Shown here one piece after another: positions 8,291 to 19,067 of a stretch of DNA of 64,000 bases (position 1 is the stretch's first letter; each line of letters begins with the position of its first letter). Source of the DNA: an uncultured bacterium. Its GTDB lineage: Bacteria > Krumholzibacteriota > Krumholzibacteriia > Krumholzibacteriales > Krumholzibacteriaceae. Under the pieces are notes generated by a model. It had not been told where the DNA came from, did not search any database, and worked only from the letters and a program-made list of their open reading frames with translations. Position numbers and translations under genes: made by a program. The stretch is taken from NCBI GenBank assembly GCA_963813815.1, contig CAWFAD010000008.1:16900-80899 (forward strand), in the 5' to 3' direction.

Positions 8291-10504
8291 TTATCGGGAG
8301 GTTGCGAGCGCGGCCGCGATCGCGACGACCCGTCCGATCGCGTCGGCGCCGGTTTCCTCGAACCGGACTCCGGCGAGGCGCTCGGGATACTCGTCCGAGC
8401 CCCGATCGAGAACGCGCACCACGATCCCGCGCAGCGTCACCGCGTCCTCGCGGAAAGCCACTTCGACGACGACCCGATCCCCCTCGGCGAGCGCGTCGCG
8501 CGAGACGAGCAGCATTCCCGTATCCGACACGTCGCGGATCACGCCGACGGAGCACCGCTCCCCGCCCGCTCCGATCGACGCGGGCAGGTAGGCCGGGAGA
8601 CGTCTTGCGCGCTCCCGGCGCTCCGGCTCCTTGGCGAGACGCTTGTCGAGATAGGTCCGGTAGCGCGTCGAATATTCGGAGAGAAACTTCACGACGGACG
8701 ATTCGCGCAGGTAGCGCGAGAAGTTGTCGACCTCGCCCGTGACGCCGGTCACGGCGATGCCGAAGCGTCCGATGACGTCGCCGCCCGCGGCCGCGGTCTT
8801 CGCGTGCTTCACGTGCCCCGAGGCCCGCACCGTGGCGCGCGGCAGATCGAGCTCGAGCGCGAGGTCGCGGTTCTTCGGGATCTCTCCGAGCGAGACGATC
8901 GAGATCCCCGTTTCCGTCGCGTCCTCGGCGACGGCGAGCTGTCGCGCCGTCCGTTTCCCGTCGCCCCAGCTCACCCGCACCGGCACGGCGTCGAGCAGCC
9001 GGAACTCCCCGCGCCGCTGCTCGAGCTTCGAACGCGCGTAGAGAATGATCGCGAGCGCGAGCCCGCTGTTGAAGAGCGCCCAGAGGCTGTTGACCGCGAT
9101 GATGAACTCGTCCGAACGGCGCCCGGCGAGGAGCATCCAGAGGGCGAAGGCTATGCCGAGGACGCTCGCGCCGACGACGATCATCTGCGGCGCGAGGAGC
9201 GCGTTCGGGGCCGTGGGCAGCTCTCCCTTCGGCGTCACCTTGAACTGGCGCGCGCGCTTCGGCAGGAGAAGCGAAAAGAACGACTGCAGGTACGTGACGA
9301 ATTTCCCCATGCTGAACTGCTCGAGGAGGAGATACCCCGCGTACCCGCGCCCCATCTCGTTGTAGGCGAAGAGCGAGAGGGCGTAGTACGGAACGAAATG
9401 CATGAGATAGGTGATGTCGAGCGCCTGCATCGGCAGCACGCCGGTAAAGAGCACGATGGGCGGCGTCGCGTAAAAAACGAGCTTCTGGAATCCCTCAATC
9501 GGATAAATGAGGCTCCCGAGGTAACACAGCCGCTGCGCGAAGGTGAGCCCGCGGACGAAGAGCGGGTTGACCGTGAAAAACACCTGCCATCCGCCGAGGC
9601 TCCACCGGCGCCTCTGAATGTGGAAGGGACGCAGCGTCTCCGCGGCGATGCCGTACGCGAGCGGCTCGAGATGGTACGCCGATTTCCAGCCCTTCGCGTG
9701 TATCTTGACCGAGGTGAGCATATCCTCGGTGATCGATCCCGTCGCGAAACCGCCCACGTCGTCGAGCGCCGCGCGCCGCATGACGGCGCAGCTTCCGACG
9801 AAGTACGCCGCCTCCCATCGATCGCGGCCCGGCTGAATGAGATTGTAAAAAAGGCCCTGCTCCGTCCAGACGTACTTCTTATCGCGATCGACGCGGTGCT
9901 GAAAGGAATCGATGTTGTAGAACTCCTGCGGAGACTGCGCGAAAGCCATCTTCTCGTCGGCGAAGTAGCCGATGAGGCGGTCGATGAACCACGGAAGAGG
10001 CGCGTGGTCGGCGTCGAAGATGGCGACGAACTCGGCCGTCGAATGTTGGAGGCCGAAATTGACGTTGCCCGCCTTCGCGTGCTCGTGCGTCTCGCGCGCG
10101 AGGTACACGCACCCGAGCTCGGCGCAGAGATCTCTCACGGCGGGGCGGTTCTCGTCGTCGAGAACGAGCGTGCGGTGCGGGTAGCGCAAATCGTTGCAGG
10201 CGAGCAACGTCTTGCGGAGCACCGCGGTCGATTCGCTCTTCGTCGGAATGAGAACGTCGACGGAACGGCCGGCGAGCGGGGGCGGCCCGGTGCGCACGCG
10301 CGGTCTCCAGACGGTGAAGAAGAAGAGAAACGTCGTGAGGGCGCCGAAGCATTCGGCGATCCAGAGGGCCCACGAGAATACGAGCGCCTGCTGGTTGAAC
10401 GTCGACGAGACGCGCCAGTAGAGATAGTACAGCGTCACGACCGCCGAAGCGACCGCGACGGCGCGGCGGAGATTTTCACCTCTCGAGCGTTCTGTCTGAC
10501 TCAA
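8291..10504 (-). CDS. cellulose-synthase-like processive GT2 with two C-terminal PilZ domains
   Basis: LDD, HAKAGN, FDADH, TED and QRRRW motifs; FKVTPK; RxxxR motifs (RRGEFR, RRERARR) with DATETG and DVSDTG. Confidence 0.88.
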   Translation of the reverse strand: MSQTERSRGENLRRAVAVASAVVTLYYLYWRVSSTFNQQALVFSWALWIAECFGALTTFLFFFTVWRPRVRTGPPPLAGRSVDVLIPTKSESTAVLRKTLLACNDLRYPHRTLVLDDENRPAVRDLCAELGCVYLARETHEHAKAGNVNFGLQHSTAEFVAIFDADHAPLPWFIDRLIGYFADEKMAFAQSPQEFYNIDSFQHRVDRDKKYVWTEQGLFYNLIQPGRDRWEAAYFVGSCAVMRRAALDDVGGFATGSITEDMLTSVKIHAKGWKSAYHLEPLAYGIAAETLRPFHIQRRRWSLGGWQVFFTVNPLFVRGLTFAQRLCYLGSLIYPIEGFQKLVFYATPPIVLFTGVLPMQALDITYLMHFVPYYALSLFAYNEMGRGYAGYLLLEQFSMGKFVTYLQSFFSLLLPKRARQFKVTPKGELPTAPNALLAPQMIVVGASVLGIAFALWMLLAGRRSDEFIIAVNSLWALFNSGLALAIILYARSKLEQRRGEFRLLDAVPVRVSWGDGKRTARQLAVAEDATETGISIVSLGEIPKNRDLALELDLPRATVRASGHVKHAKTAAAGGDVIGRFGIAVTGVTGEVDNFSRYLRESSVVKFLSEYSTRYRTYLDKRLAKEPERRERARRLPAYLPASIGAGGERCSVGVIRDVSDTGMLLVSRDALAEGDRVVVEVAFREDAVTLRGIVVRVLDRGSDEYPERLAGVRFEETGADAIGRVVAIAAALATSR

Positions 10505-10570
10505 AATGATTCACCCTGCGGCGGGATTGTCTCGCTTTCCGCCGCTACCCTAGCATCAAACTTCTCGTAT

Positions 10571-10586
10571 ATCAAGTTCTATGCCA
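10571..10586 (-). promoter_or_regulatory. possible sigma-54 promoter of the EPS operon
   Basis: Minus strand reads TGGCATAGAACTTGAT: strong -24 box, with GA in place of GC at -12. Confidence 0.4.
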
Positions 10587-10898
10587 GCGGACGAGGCGCC
10601 GGGACGCCATCGAGGAGCCCCTGAGCGGCCGCATATCATTCAATTGTGCAATGGCCCATGCAAAAATGCGCGCCATCGCGGCCGGGCGGCCGCTCCCATG
10701 ATTGCCCATCGCTGCCTCCTCTTCCCGGATGACAAAATCGCAATTATTTCGAAATAGCTCATTCGAGGAGGGGAACCCGCACTCGGCGGCATGGGCTTAC
10801 TTATTGCGCTGTATAATAATGAGTTGCCATTCGCCGTCCGGCGCCGCCCTCCCCCCGTCCGCCCTCCTCCCCGGGCGGAATCGTTCCACCCGCGCCGG

Positions 10899-10914
10899 TG
10901 GCCTATGATTTGCA
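10899..10914 (+). promoter_or_regulatory. sigma-54 (-24/-12) promoter of the minor pilin operon
   Basis: TGGCCTATGATTTGCA = GG-N10-GC, about 40 bp before the ATG. A second GG-N10-GC lies at 10794-10807. Confidence 0.6.
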
Positions 10915-10956
10915 TGAACCGGGCGGGTGATTCATTTGAAGCGCAAGGGGCAGAAT

Positions 10957-11415
10957 ATGAAAAAGGCCGGTTTCACGCTCGTCGAGCTCATGGTGACGGT
11001 ATGCATTATCGGGCTCATCGCCGTGCTCTCGATCCCGGGGTTCACGCGCTTCCGGCAGAGCTGGAAGCTCAACGGCGAAGCGGATCAGATCGCCTCCACG
11101 ATACGTGCGGCCCGCGCCGCGGCGGTGATGAAGAGCATCAACGCGATCTTCACGTTCGACATGGACAACTCGACGTTCTTCTATTTCGAGGACAACGATC
11201 GCGACGGAACGCGCGACAGCGACGAGTACCGGAGCGCGACCTACGACCTCGATCCCGCGATCGTGTTTTCGGCGAGCACGCTACCCGGCACCACCCTCAC
11301 CTTCGGCTCGATGGGAAACACGCCGAACAGCGGCATCATAACGCTGCGCAACACGTACAACCGAACCCGGAATATCCGGGTCTACGGCGGGACCGGAAAC
11401 ATCGCCGTCGACTGA
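10957..11415 (+). CDS. GspH/FimT-family minor pilin
   Basis: Class III signal KKAG|FTLVELM; GspH-like C-terminal part. Confidence 0.88.
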   Translation: MKKAGFTLVELMVTVCIIGLIAVLSIPGFTRFRQSWKLNGEADQIASTIRAARAAAVMKSINAIFTFDMDNSTFFYFEDNDRDGTRDSDEYRSATYDLDPAIVFSASTLPGTTLTFGSMGNTPNSGIITLRNTYNRTRNIRVYGGTGNIAVD

Positions 11416-11425
11416 CAGGAGAGCC

Positions 11426-11815
11426 ATGAACGCGATAAAATCACAGCGGGGCATGGGGCTCATCGAGATCGTTGTCGCGATGATCCTGCTTTCGATCGGG
11501 ATCGCCGCGGCGCTCCGCACTCTACCGGACAGCAACAAAGCCACCTCGCGCGCGCGCAACATCACGATTGCGACGAATCTCGCGCAGGAGCAGGTCGAAC
11601 GCCTCCTCGGATCGGAATACTCCGACGCCACTCTCACGGCCGGTTCGCACACCGATCCCGGGAATCCGATCGATCGCCACTTCAGCAGGGGCTGGACCGT
11701 GGTTGACGACTCGCCGATTTCGGGAATGAAAACGGTTTCCGTCACGGTGAGCTTCAACTCCGGCAGCGCCGACAGCTCCGTGACCCTCAACACGCTACTT
11801 ACCTCGAGGCGGTGA
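11426..11815 (+). CDS. PilV-like minor pilin
   Basis: QRG|MGLIEIVVAM; ATNLAQEQVERL motif. Confidence 0.85.
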   Translation: MNAIKSQRGMGLIEIVVAMILLSIGIAAALRTLPDSNKATSRARNITIATNLAQEQVERLLGSEYSDATLTAGSHTDPGNPIDRHFSRGWTVVDDSPISGMKTVSVTVSFNSGSADSSVTLNTLLTSRR

Positions 11816-11823
11816 CCGATTAT

Positions 11824-14799
11824 ATGACGCGCACGAAACACATACGGGGAACGCCGGGATTCACGCTCGTCGAAATGGTGTTCAGCGTGCTCATCCTGGG
11901 CATCATCTTCATAGCGCTGACCGCGGTCTTCATTCTCTTCCAGAGAAGCTCGTCGGCGACGACCAGCTACGCCGAGGCGCAGCAAAACGCGCGAATCGCC
12001 GTCGATTTCATCTCCGACATCCTCCGCCAGGCCGGATCGCAGACGGACTACTTCCGCGGCCAGCCCGCGATCGCTCACGCCGGGCCCTATCAGATCGTCA
12101 TCAACGCGGACATCGACAACGGGCAGACCATCGACGGGCTGAGCCCGCTCATCGCCGTCAACCCGACGTACAGTCCGAACACGATTCCCGCGGCGGGCAC
12201 CGTGCTCTACACCCCTCTCGTATACGAATCGAACGCCGAAACGGTGGTTCTCACGATCGATTCGAGCGACGACGGCGTCGTCGACAGCTCCGACCGGGGC
12301 GACGATCCCGAGGAATCCGGGGTCAACGTCAACCTCTTCATGCTGCGGCGAGTGATCTACGGCTACGACGGCGCGGGGCAGAATGAAGTGCGCCCGTCGA
12401 ACCTCGCCCTCGTGCGCGGCCCCAATCTCGCGACGGCGATGACCACGCCGGATCCGCTCTTCCAGTACTGGTACGACAACGACGACGATCCCGCGACCGC
12501 CGACATTCTCTGGGGCGACGCGAACGGCAACGGAGCCATCGACGCCGCCGAAGCCGGCTCGGTGGCGCCGGTATCCTCCGCGAATCTGCCCCGCATTCGA
12601 AAGGTTCGGACGACGGCCATCGCCGAATCCAACCGGTTCGACAAGCGCTACGAGGCGAATGACGGCTTTCTCGCGGTTTCCATGAACTCGGAGGTCTTCG
12701 TGCGCAACGCCACGCGCACGAGCTCGAACGTCTACGGACGGGTGTACCACGACGCCAACAGCAACGGCCAGCTCGACGACGGAGAAACCGGTCTCAACAA
12801 CGTCGAGATCACCGTCCTCGGAACGAGCCGCGAGACGTTCACCGACGCTTTCGGCAATTTCTATCTGTCCCTTCCGCCGAGCGATTACTCGATTCAGGAG
12901 ACCGATCCGGCTGGATACATTTCGACGACCTCGAATCTCGTCTCCGTGTCGCTCTCGGCCGGGCAGACCCAGGTGCTCTACTTCGGCGACCGGGCGAGCG
13001 TGCCGATCGGCGTGATTCAGGGCACCGTGTTCGATGATCTGGATCAGAACGGCTCGCAGAGCGTGGATGAGCCCGGCATCCCGGGCGTTCTCATCTCTCT
13101 CGACAACGGCACGGAAGCCTTTTCGAACACCAACGGCTACTACTCGTTCATCGCGCAGCAGGGAATCTATACGGTCATCGAAACGGATCCCACCGGCTAC
13201 AGCTCGACGACGCCCAACTCGGCGCCGGCGAGGATCGATAACGAGGGAGATACCGTCACCGTCAACTTCGGAGATTGCGCGGGCCTCATCTCGGGAACGC
13301 TCCAGGGGTACGTCTTCGACGACGCAAACAACAACGGGATATTCGAATCCGGCGAGGATGGTCTCGGGAGCGTCACGGTCCGCGTCTCGACCGGCGACAG
13401 CACGGTGACGAACGACCAGGGCTATTTCAGATTCAACCTGTCCCCGGGAGTGTACTCCCTCACGGAGACGGATCCCCTCGGGTACACCTCGACGACGCCG
13501 AACACGTGCCTCGACATTCCGATCACCGTCGACACCACCGTCACCCGCATCTTCGGCGACAAGCTCGAAGTGAGCACCAACTTCGTCGAGATTCACATCT
13601 CGAACACCGACCGTGTGCTGTCCGTGTCCATAGCGGATCTCAAAGAGGATTCGTACGGCGACAACGATATCATCCTTGGAACGGCGCTCGTGCCCGGCAT
13701 CGGAAACCTGCTCGTCTTCTTCAACAAATGGACGAAAATAACGACGCCGCTCACGAAGCTCTTCATGCCCAATCCGGACTACCGCCGCAACGCGGGAAAG
13801 AACATCAACGCTTCGAACACGGGAGACCTCAACGGCAACAATGTGCCCGATGTGTTCACGGGACTCGAAAGCGTCACGACCCCCAATATCCAGGCATGGC
13901 TCACGGCAAGCGGCGGATTGCTGGGCAACTCTCCCTTCGCAACATACTTTTCGTCCGGCTCGAGCGTCATCATGGATAGCAAGCTCGTGAGACTCGACGG
14001 CGACAGCAACCTCGACCTCATCGTCGGTCTGAAATCGTCCCTCGGCACCTTCAGCGGCGGCTTTCAGATCTTTATGGGAGTCGGAACCGGCGCGTTCACG
14101 TCGTACCAGTACGTCACGACGGCGGGCGCCGACGACGATATCAGCCTCGGCGAGATATGGGCCATCGAGTCGGCGGACTTCGACGGCGACGGCGATCAGG
14201 ATATCGTGATCGGATCGCACACAAACACATACCTGGGATACCTCGACGTCTACCTCAACGACGGCTCCGGCACCTTCGCATGGCACTCGCGGTACAGCGT
14301 TCCGTACGCGGTGAACGACATCAAGGCCGTCGACATGATGGAGGACGACGCGGGAGACGTGGACATCGTCGCGGCCGTATCCTCCGGAGCGCTAACCGGG
14401 CAGGTCATGCTGTGGCTCAACGACTCTTGTCTTTTCGGGCAGGCCGACACGACGGGATACAGTTTCGGCCACGACGAAACGCCCCACTTGCCGAGCGATT
14501 ACGTCGACGCGCAGGGGGCGGCTCTCTGTCTGGCGATTCTGAATTTCAACAACGACGGCTTTCCGGACATCGCTTTCGGAACGAGAGCCACGCTCCTCTA
14601 TCAAGGCAACCTCTACGTGCTGCCTTCGTACGGCCTCCTGCCGAACAACGGCGAGAAGATCAATGCGGCCCTTATGGGCGAAATCATCACGATGGCCGTG
14701 ACCGATCTGAACAAGGACAACAGCATCGACATCGTTCTCGGAACGCGCAACTCGGCCACGGAGGGAAAGCTCATCGCCTATTTCACGGGGACCCTCTAG
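11824..14799 (+). CDS. giant PilW-like minor pilin fused to SdrD-B-like Ig repeats and FG-GAP repeats
   Basis: PG|FTLVEM and AQQNARIAVDFI; three G-x-V-(Y/F)-x-D-x-x-x-N-G...ETDPxGY repeats; several DFDGDGDxD-type repeats in the C-terminal half. Confidence 0.85.
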   Translation: MTRTKHIRGTPGFTLVEMVFSVLILGIIFIALTAVFILFQRSSSATTSYAEAQQNARIAVDFISDILRQAGSQTDYFRGQPAIAHAGPYQIVINADIDNGQTIDGLSPLIAVNPTYSPNTIPAAGTVLYTPLVYESNAETVVLTIDSSDDGVVDSSDRGDDPEESGVNVNLFMLRRVIYGYDGAGQNEVRPSNLALVRGPNLATAMTTPDPLFQYWYDNDDDPATADILWGDANGNGAIDAAEAGSVAPVSSANLPRIRKVRTTAIAESNRFDKRYEANDGFLAVSMNSEVFVRNATRTSSNVYGRVYHDANSNGQLDDGETGLNNVEITVLGTSRETFTDAFGNFYLSLPPSDYSIQETDPAGYISTTSNLVSVSLSAGQTQVLYFGDRASVPIGVIQGTVFDDLDQNGSQSVDEPGIPGVLISLDNGTEAFSNTNGYYSFIAQQGIYTVIETDPTGYSSTTPNSAPARIDNEGDTVTVNFGDCAGLISGTLQGYVFDDANNNGIFESGEDGLGSVTVRVSTGDSTVTNDQGYFRFNLSPGVYSLTETDPLGYTSTTPNTCLDIPITVDTTVTRIFGDKLEVSTNFVEIHISNTDRVLSVSIADLKEDSYGDNDIILGTALVPGIGNLLVFFNKWTKITTPLTKLFMPNPDYRRNAGKNINASNTGDLNGNNVPDVFTGLESVTTPNIQAWLTASGGLLGNSPFATYFSSGSSVIMDSKLVRLDGDSNLDLIVGLKSSLGTFSGGFQIFMGVGTGAFTSYQYVTTAGADDDISLGEIWAIESADFDGDGDQDIVIGSHTNTYLGYLDVYLNDGSGTFAWHSRYSVPYAVNDIKAVDMMEDDAGDVDIVAAVSSGALTGQVMLWLNDSCLFGQADTTGYSFGHDETPHLPSDYVDAQGAALCLAILNFNNDGFPDIAFGTRATLLYQGNLYVLPSYGLLPNNGEKINAALMGEIITMAVTDLNKDNSIDIVLGTRNSATEGKLIAYFTGTL

Positions 14800-14834
14800 G
14801 CCGGCGGCGGAATCCGGAAGGGACGGTATATACA

Positions 14835-16100
14835 ATGAGAACGTTGGATATCAGAGCGATTCGCGGCGAAAGCGGCAACGCGCTCGTCGTCACGCTCATC
14901 ATCCTCTTTTCGATATCGGTGATTGCCGGGACGCTGGCCATGATATCCTCCCTCGATCTCAAGATCGCGGGAAACCAGAGGGCCACGACCCGGGCTCTCC
15001 CCGTGGCCGAGGCGGGGCTCAACGAGGCGATTCACCGCTTGTCGCTTCCGAACCCGACGGTCTCGACGGTAAGCGGTTGGACGGGAAACGTCGCCGTCAG
15101 CGACAGCCTTCCTTACAATCCGCTCTGGACGGCCCGCATCTATCTGACTGCTCCCGGCTCCGCTCCCTCTTCGGGCGACCCGAACGTCTGCGAGACGGGA
15201 ACGCTGCAGGATCCGAATCAGCCGTATCTCGAGTACAGCGCGGCGGACGGCACGGATGGCGTGCTCACCGTTATGCATAAATGGCGCGACGTCGACGGCG
15301 ACAACGTCAGGGACGCGAACGAGGTCGTCCGATGGGATCCGCTGCAGATGCCGCCGGAAAACCTGACCTGGGGATTCCCCGTCGAGGTCGTCACGGTGAG
15401 GGGATACCTCGGAGACGCCCAGCGGACCATCGAAGCGGAGGTCACGAAGCGCACGATCATAGCCCGCACCCTTGGCGCGGTCTTCTGCAACAATCCGCTC
15501 TGGCTCACGGGAAACGTCGACTTCTGCGGCTACAACCACAGCATCACGACGCCGGCCGGCCTCGTCCCGCCGGCGTGCTACCCATACCACCTCGCCTCGG
15601 GCCACTTGCCCGGCGGGGCGACGACGGGCGACGACATTCACATACAGGGAGGCGTGAACGTGGTCGGCAGCCCAGCCCCCACCAACACCTCCGCGTCGAA
15701 TCCGTGGTACTCGCTCGCCGAGGTGCTCGGCCTCGACCAGAGCGAGGTCGACGCCATACTCGCGGACGCGGATAACACCTCGCTCGTGAACCCGCTGAAC
15801 GGCATCACCTATATCAACGGCGATCTGAACGTCACCTCCAACCTGACCGGAGAGGGCCTGCTCTATGTGACGGGAGCCCTCAAGGGAGCGGGCGCCTTCG
15901 CGTACAGAGGATTGGTTTACGTCGAGGGCGATTTCATGTTGAGCGGAGATCCGTGGATACTCGGCAGCCTGGTCGTGAACGGCACGGCCAACTTCGATTT
16001 CAACTCCGGAAACGCGGCCGTGCTCTACAGCAAGGACGCGCTCTCGACCTATCTCTCCCGGCCCATGCCGTGCATCGTTCTCTCGTGGAGCGAAAAGTAG
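14835..16100 (+). CDS. PilX-like minor pilin
   Basis: ESG|NALVVTL with no Glu5, AEAGLNEA motif, C-terminal G-x-x-Y-V-x-G beta-helix-like repeats. Confidence 0.85.
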   Translation: MRTLDIRAIRGESGNALVVTLIILFSISVIAGTLAMISSLDLKIAGNQRATTRALPVAEAGLNEAIHRLSLPNPTVSTVSGWTGNVAVSDSLPYNPLWTARIYLTAPGSAPSSGDPNVCETGTLQDPNQPYLEYSAADGTDGVLTVMHKWRDVDGDNVRDANEVVRWDPLQMPPENLTWGFPVEVVTVRGYLGDAQRTIEAEVTKRTIIARTLGAVFCNNPLWLTGNVDFCGYNHSITTPAGLVPPACYPYHLASGHLPGGATTGDDIHIQGGVNVVGSPAPTNTSASNPWYSLAEVLGLDQSEVDAILADADNTSLVNPLNGITYINGDLNVTSNLTGEGLLYVTGALKGAGAFAYRGLVYVEGDFMLSGDPWILGSLVVNGTANFDFNSGNAAVLYSKDALSTYLSRPMPCIVLSWSEK

Positions 16101-16137
16101 CGGCGAGCAACCCCGCGGCGATAGACGAATGCGAGCG

Positions 16138-16171
16138 CGAGCCCGGCCCCGCGAGGGGCCGGGCTCGTTTT
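16138..16171 (+). terminator. intrinsic terminator between convergent genes
   Basis: CGAGCCCGGCCCC-GCGA-GGGGCCGGGCTCG followed by TTTT. Confidence 0.75.
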
Positions 16172-16178
16172 CCATCTA

Positions 16179-18905
16179 CTACTTCATTCCGACGAGCTCC
16201 ATCTTCGCCGTGCCGCCTCCGGAGGAGGCCGGCAGGACGTAATCCGCGCGAACCATCACGCGGGGCTCTTTCGCGCTCATGAACGCGGTCGTCGCGCCTT
16301 CGTCGCCGACCGACACGAGCTCGACCCTGAAGCATTCGAACGTTCCGGCCGGCACGGTGACGCTTTCGATCCCGGGCACCGAGAGCTTCATCGCGCGCGA
16401 GCTCGCCATCTGAAAATCGAACACGCGGATCGCCGCCGCGTACCCGGGCGCGAGCGGGAGCGCCCCGAGAAGCGTCTCGAGCGACGATCCGTCGCCGAAA
16501 ACGGGCGCCGCGAGCTCGGCGTTGATGGGCATCTCGTTCCCGCCGAATTTCAGGGCTCCCTTGACGGACGACTCGGCGAAGTCGAGCCGCACCGACGCGG
16601 GTCCCTGCACGCCGACCCAGCTGATCGGCGCGAGCGTTCGGAGATCCAGGTCGAAGGTGTCGACCGCGGAGCCCTGGGACGATTTCTGCTCGGAGGTGAC
16701 GCGCCAGATCTCGACGCCGCCGGAAACGGCCTTCGCGAGGCCGCGGGCGAGCTCGAACGCGATGCCGTTTCCTCCGACCTTCGCCTCGCCCCGGTACGAG
16801 AGCGACACGGGCCGGAGAAGCGAGCCGTCGCAGCGGGGCAGCGGCGCGGTCGTCGCGTCATCGGCGCCGGCGGGAGAGGCGACGAGCTTCACCGTCGCGA
16901 CGTCGACCGTGATGCCGTCGAGCTTTTGCCTGATATTATCGGGCATATCCTCCTGAAGGCGTCCGCCGATGTGCTTCGCGAGGAAGCGCTCCGCCGCGGC
17001 GTAAAAGGCGATGCGGTTCTCGGCGCCACGGAAGCCGTGTCCCTCGTCGGGCGCCACGATGTACTCGACGTGCCGCCCGAGGTCGCGGAGCTTCACGACG
17101 ATCTGGTCGGATTCCGCCTTCTTCACGCGCGGGTCGTTCGCGCCCTGCACGACGAGAAGCGGCGCCACGATCCTGTCGGCCGAGTAGAGGGGCGACTGGC
17201 GCTTGAGCCGCTCGGCGTCCTCCGGCTTATTGGGATCGCCGACGTGCTCGTTGAAGAGGTTGCGCATCACTTCCCAGTACGGAGGAATGGAGCTGAGGAG
17301 CGTGAGCAGACTCGAGGGGCCGACGTACGATATGCCGGCCGCGTAGAGATCCGGCGTGAAGGCGAGTCCCGCGAGCGTCGCGTAGCCGCCGTAGGATCCG
17401 CCGTAGATCACGACCTGCTTCGGATCGGCGATGCCCTCCTCGATGAGGTAGGCCCTGCCGTCGGTGAGGTCGTTCTGCATCGCGTCTCCCCACTGCTTCT
17501 TCCCCGCGTTGAGAAACGCCTTGCCGTAGCCCGTGGAGGCCCGGAAGTTCGGCTGGAACACGGCGTAGCCGCGGTTCGCGAAGAACTGCGCCTCGGAATC
17601 GTACCCCCACTGATCGCGGAACCAGGGGCCGCCGTGGGGCAGGATGATGACGGGAAGGTTCTTCGCCTTCACGCCCTTGGGGACGGTGAGATAGGCGTGA
17701 ATCTTGAGACCGTCGCGGGCCGTGTAGACGACCGGCTTCATGGGAGCGAGATCCTTCACCGGCAGCTTCGGGCGGGGACGGTAGAGAAAGGTGACGGCGC
17801 CCGACTCGACGTCCCAGAGATACGTCGCGCCCGGATCGACGTCGCTCGTCACGCCCACGATCCAGTACCGCTCGTCCGCCGTCCGGGAGCCGACGTAGAG
17901 ATCCCCGCCGGGGACTTTCTTCCGCAGGTTCCGGTAGCGTTTCTCCCAGACCTTGTCCTTGAAATAGATCCTGAGACGATCTCCGAGATAGGAGGTCGCG
18001 ACGATCTCGTCGGTGACCTCGGAAAACACCACGCCGCCGAGATCGACCTCGTTCTCGGGATCCGACTCAACGGGCTCCAACGCGCCCGTCGAGGGATCGA
18101 ACAGCAGGAGCCGGGAGAGATCCACGTCGGGACCCATGTTGGAGTCGAGGTAGATGCGCCTTCCGTCCTTGTGAAACTCGAGCGGCCCGATGTTCTCTTC
18201 TCCGGTGCAGGCGAGCACGCTCATCATCGTGTCGGCGTCGACGCGGAATATCTCCGTGCCGCCGTCTTTCGTCTCCTTCGTCGCGAGGCGGAGAGCTCCG
18301 TCCCGGTCGAATACCCATCCCGACATTCCCTGCTCGTTCACGCGGACGAGCTCCCGCTCGCCGGTCGCGATATCGAGCCGGTAGACGTCATGGTAGCGTT
18401 CGTCGCGGTCGTTGAGCCCGACGTACATGACGCCGGGGCTCTTCCGCGGGAGCGAGTAGATCTGCGCGGCGACCTTCGGAACGGGCGTGAGATCCCGGGC
18501 CGGCGGAACTCCGAGATCGCCCTCGGGCTTCGCCGCGGGATCGACCGCGTACACGTGCCAGTTCTCGTCGCCGCCCTTGTCCTGAACGTAGAGGATGAAC
18601 TTCGAGTCCCTGCTCCAGAAATACCCGGTGACCGGCCGGGTCGTATCGGCGGTCACCGGACGCGCCGCTTCGAAGGGCTCTCCGATCCCCTTGACCCATA
18701 TGTTGAGAATGTCGCGGTACGGTTTGAGGAACGAGATGCGCGCTCCGTCGGGGGAGATTTGCGCCCCCGCGAACTCGGGATTCCCGAAGATCACCTCGCG
18801 GTCGATGATCGGGGGAAGCTTCGAGAGATACGCCTTGTCGATGGCCGACGACGCGCCGGTCGCGAGAAACGCGACGAGCGCGAGCGTCGAAAGAATGCGC
18901 CTCAT
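16179..18905 (-). CDS. S9 family serine peptidase with extra C-terminal domain
   Basis: Signal peptide, propeller region, HGGP, GGSYGGY, GANDPRV and DEGHGF motifs; RBS AGGAGG before MRRILSTL. Confidence 0.92.
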   Translation of the reverse strand: MRRILSTLALVAFLATGASSAIDKAYLSKLPPIIDREVIFGNPEFAGAQISPDGARISFLKPYRDILNIWVKGIGEPFEAARPVTADTTRPVTGYFWSRDSKFILYVQDKGGDENWHVYAVDPAAKPEGDLGVPPARDLTPVPKVAAQIYSLPRKSPGVMYVGLNDRDERYHDVYRLDIATGERELVRVNEQGMSGWVFDRDGALRLATKETKDGGTEIFRVDADTMMSVLACTGEENIGPLEFHKDGRRIYLDSNMGPDVDLSRLLLFDPSTGALEPVESDPENEVDLGGVVFSEVTDEIVATSYLGDRLRIYFKDKVWEKRYRNLRKKVPGGDLYVGSRTADERYWIVGVTSDVDPGATYLWDVESGAVTFLYRPRPKLPVKDLAPMKPVVYTARDGLKIHAYLTVPKGVKAKNLPVIILPHGGPWFRDQWGYDSEAQFFANRGYAVFQPNFRASTGYGKAFLNAGKKQWGDAMQNDLTDGRAYLIEEGIADPKQVVIYGGSYGGYATLAGLAFTPDLYAAGISYVGPSSLLTLLSSIPPYWEVMRNLFNEHVGDPNKPEDAERLKRQSPLYSADRIVAPLLVVQGANDPRVKKAESDQIVVKLRDLGRHVEYIVAPDEGHGFRGAENRIAFYAAAERFLAKHIGGRLQEDMPDNIRQKLDGITVDVATVKLVASPAGADDATTAPLPRCDGSLLRPVSLSYRGEAKVGGNGIAFELARGLAKAVSGGVEIWRVTSEQKSSQGSAVDTFDLDLRTLAPISWVGVQGPASVRLDFAESSVKGALKFGGNEMPINAELAAPVFGDGSSLETLLGALPLAPGYAAAIRVFDFQMASSRAMKLSVPGIESVTVPAGTFECFRVELVSVGDEGATTAFMSAKEPRVMVRADYVLPASSGGGTAKMELVGMK

Positions 18906-19067
18906 GGGGACCTCCTCCTTTTGAATAACGCGAATTTTGATTCTAGTACCGCGCCGAATTCGAGGCAAGCCAAAGAATAACGAGCGGCGTCGGGCCTCCC
19001 CCGGGAGAGCGGCGAGGCGGATAATTGAAGGTTGCGCCCGGCGCGTAACCTGTTATATCGTCGGAGC

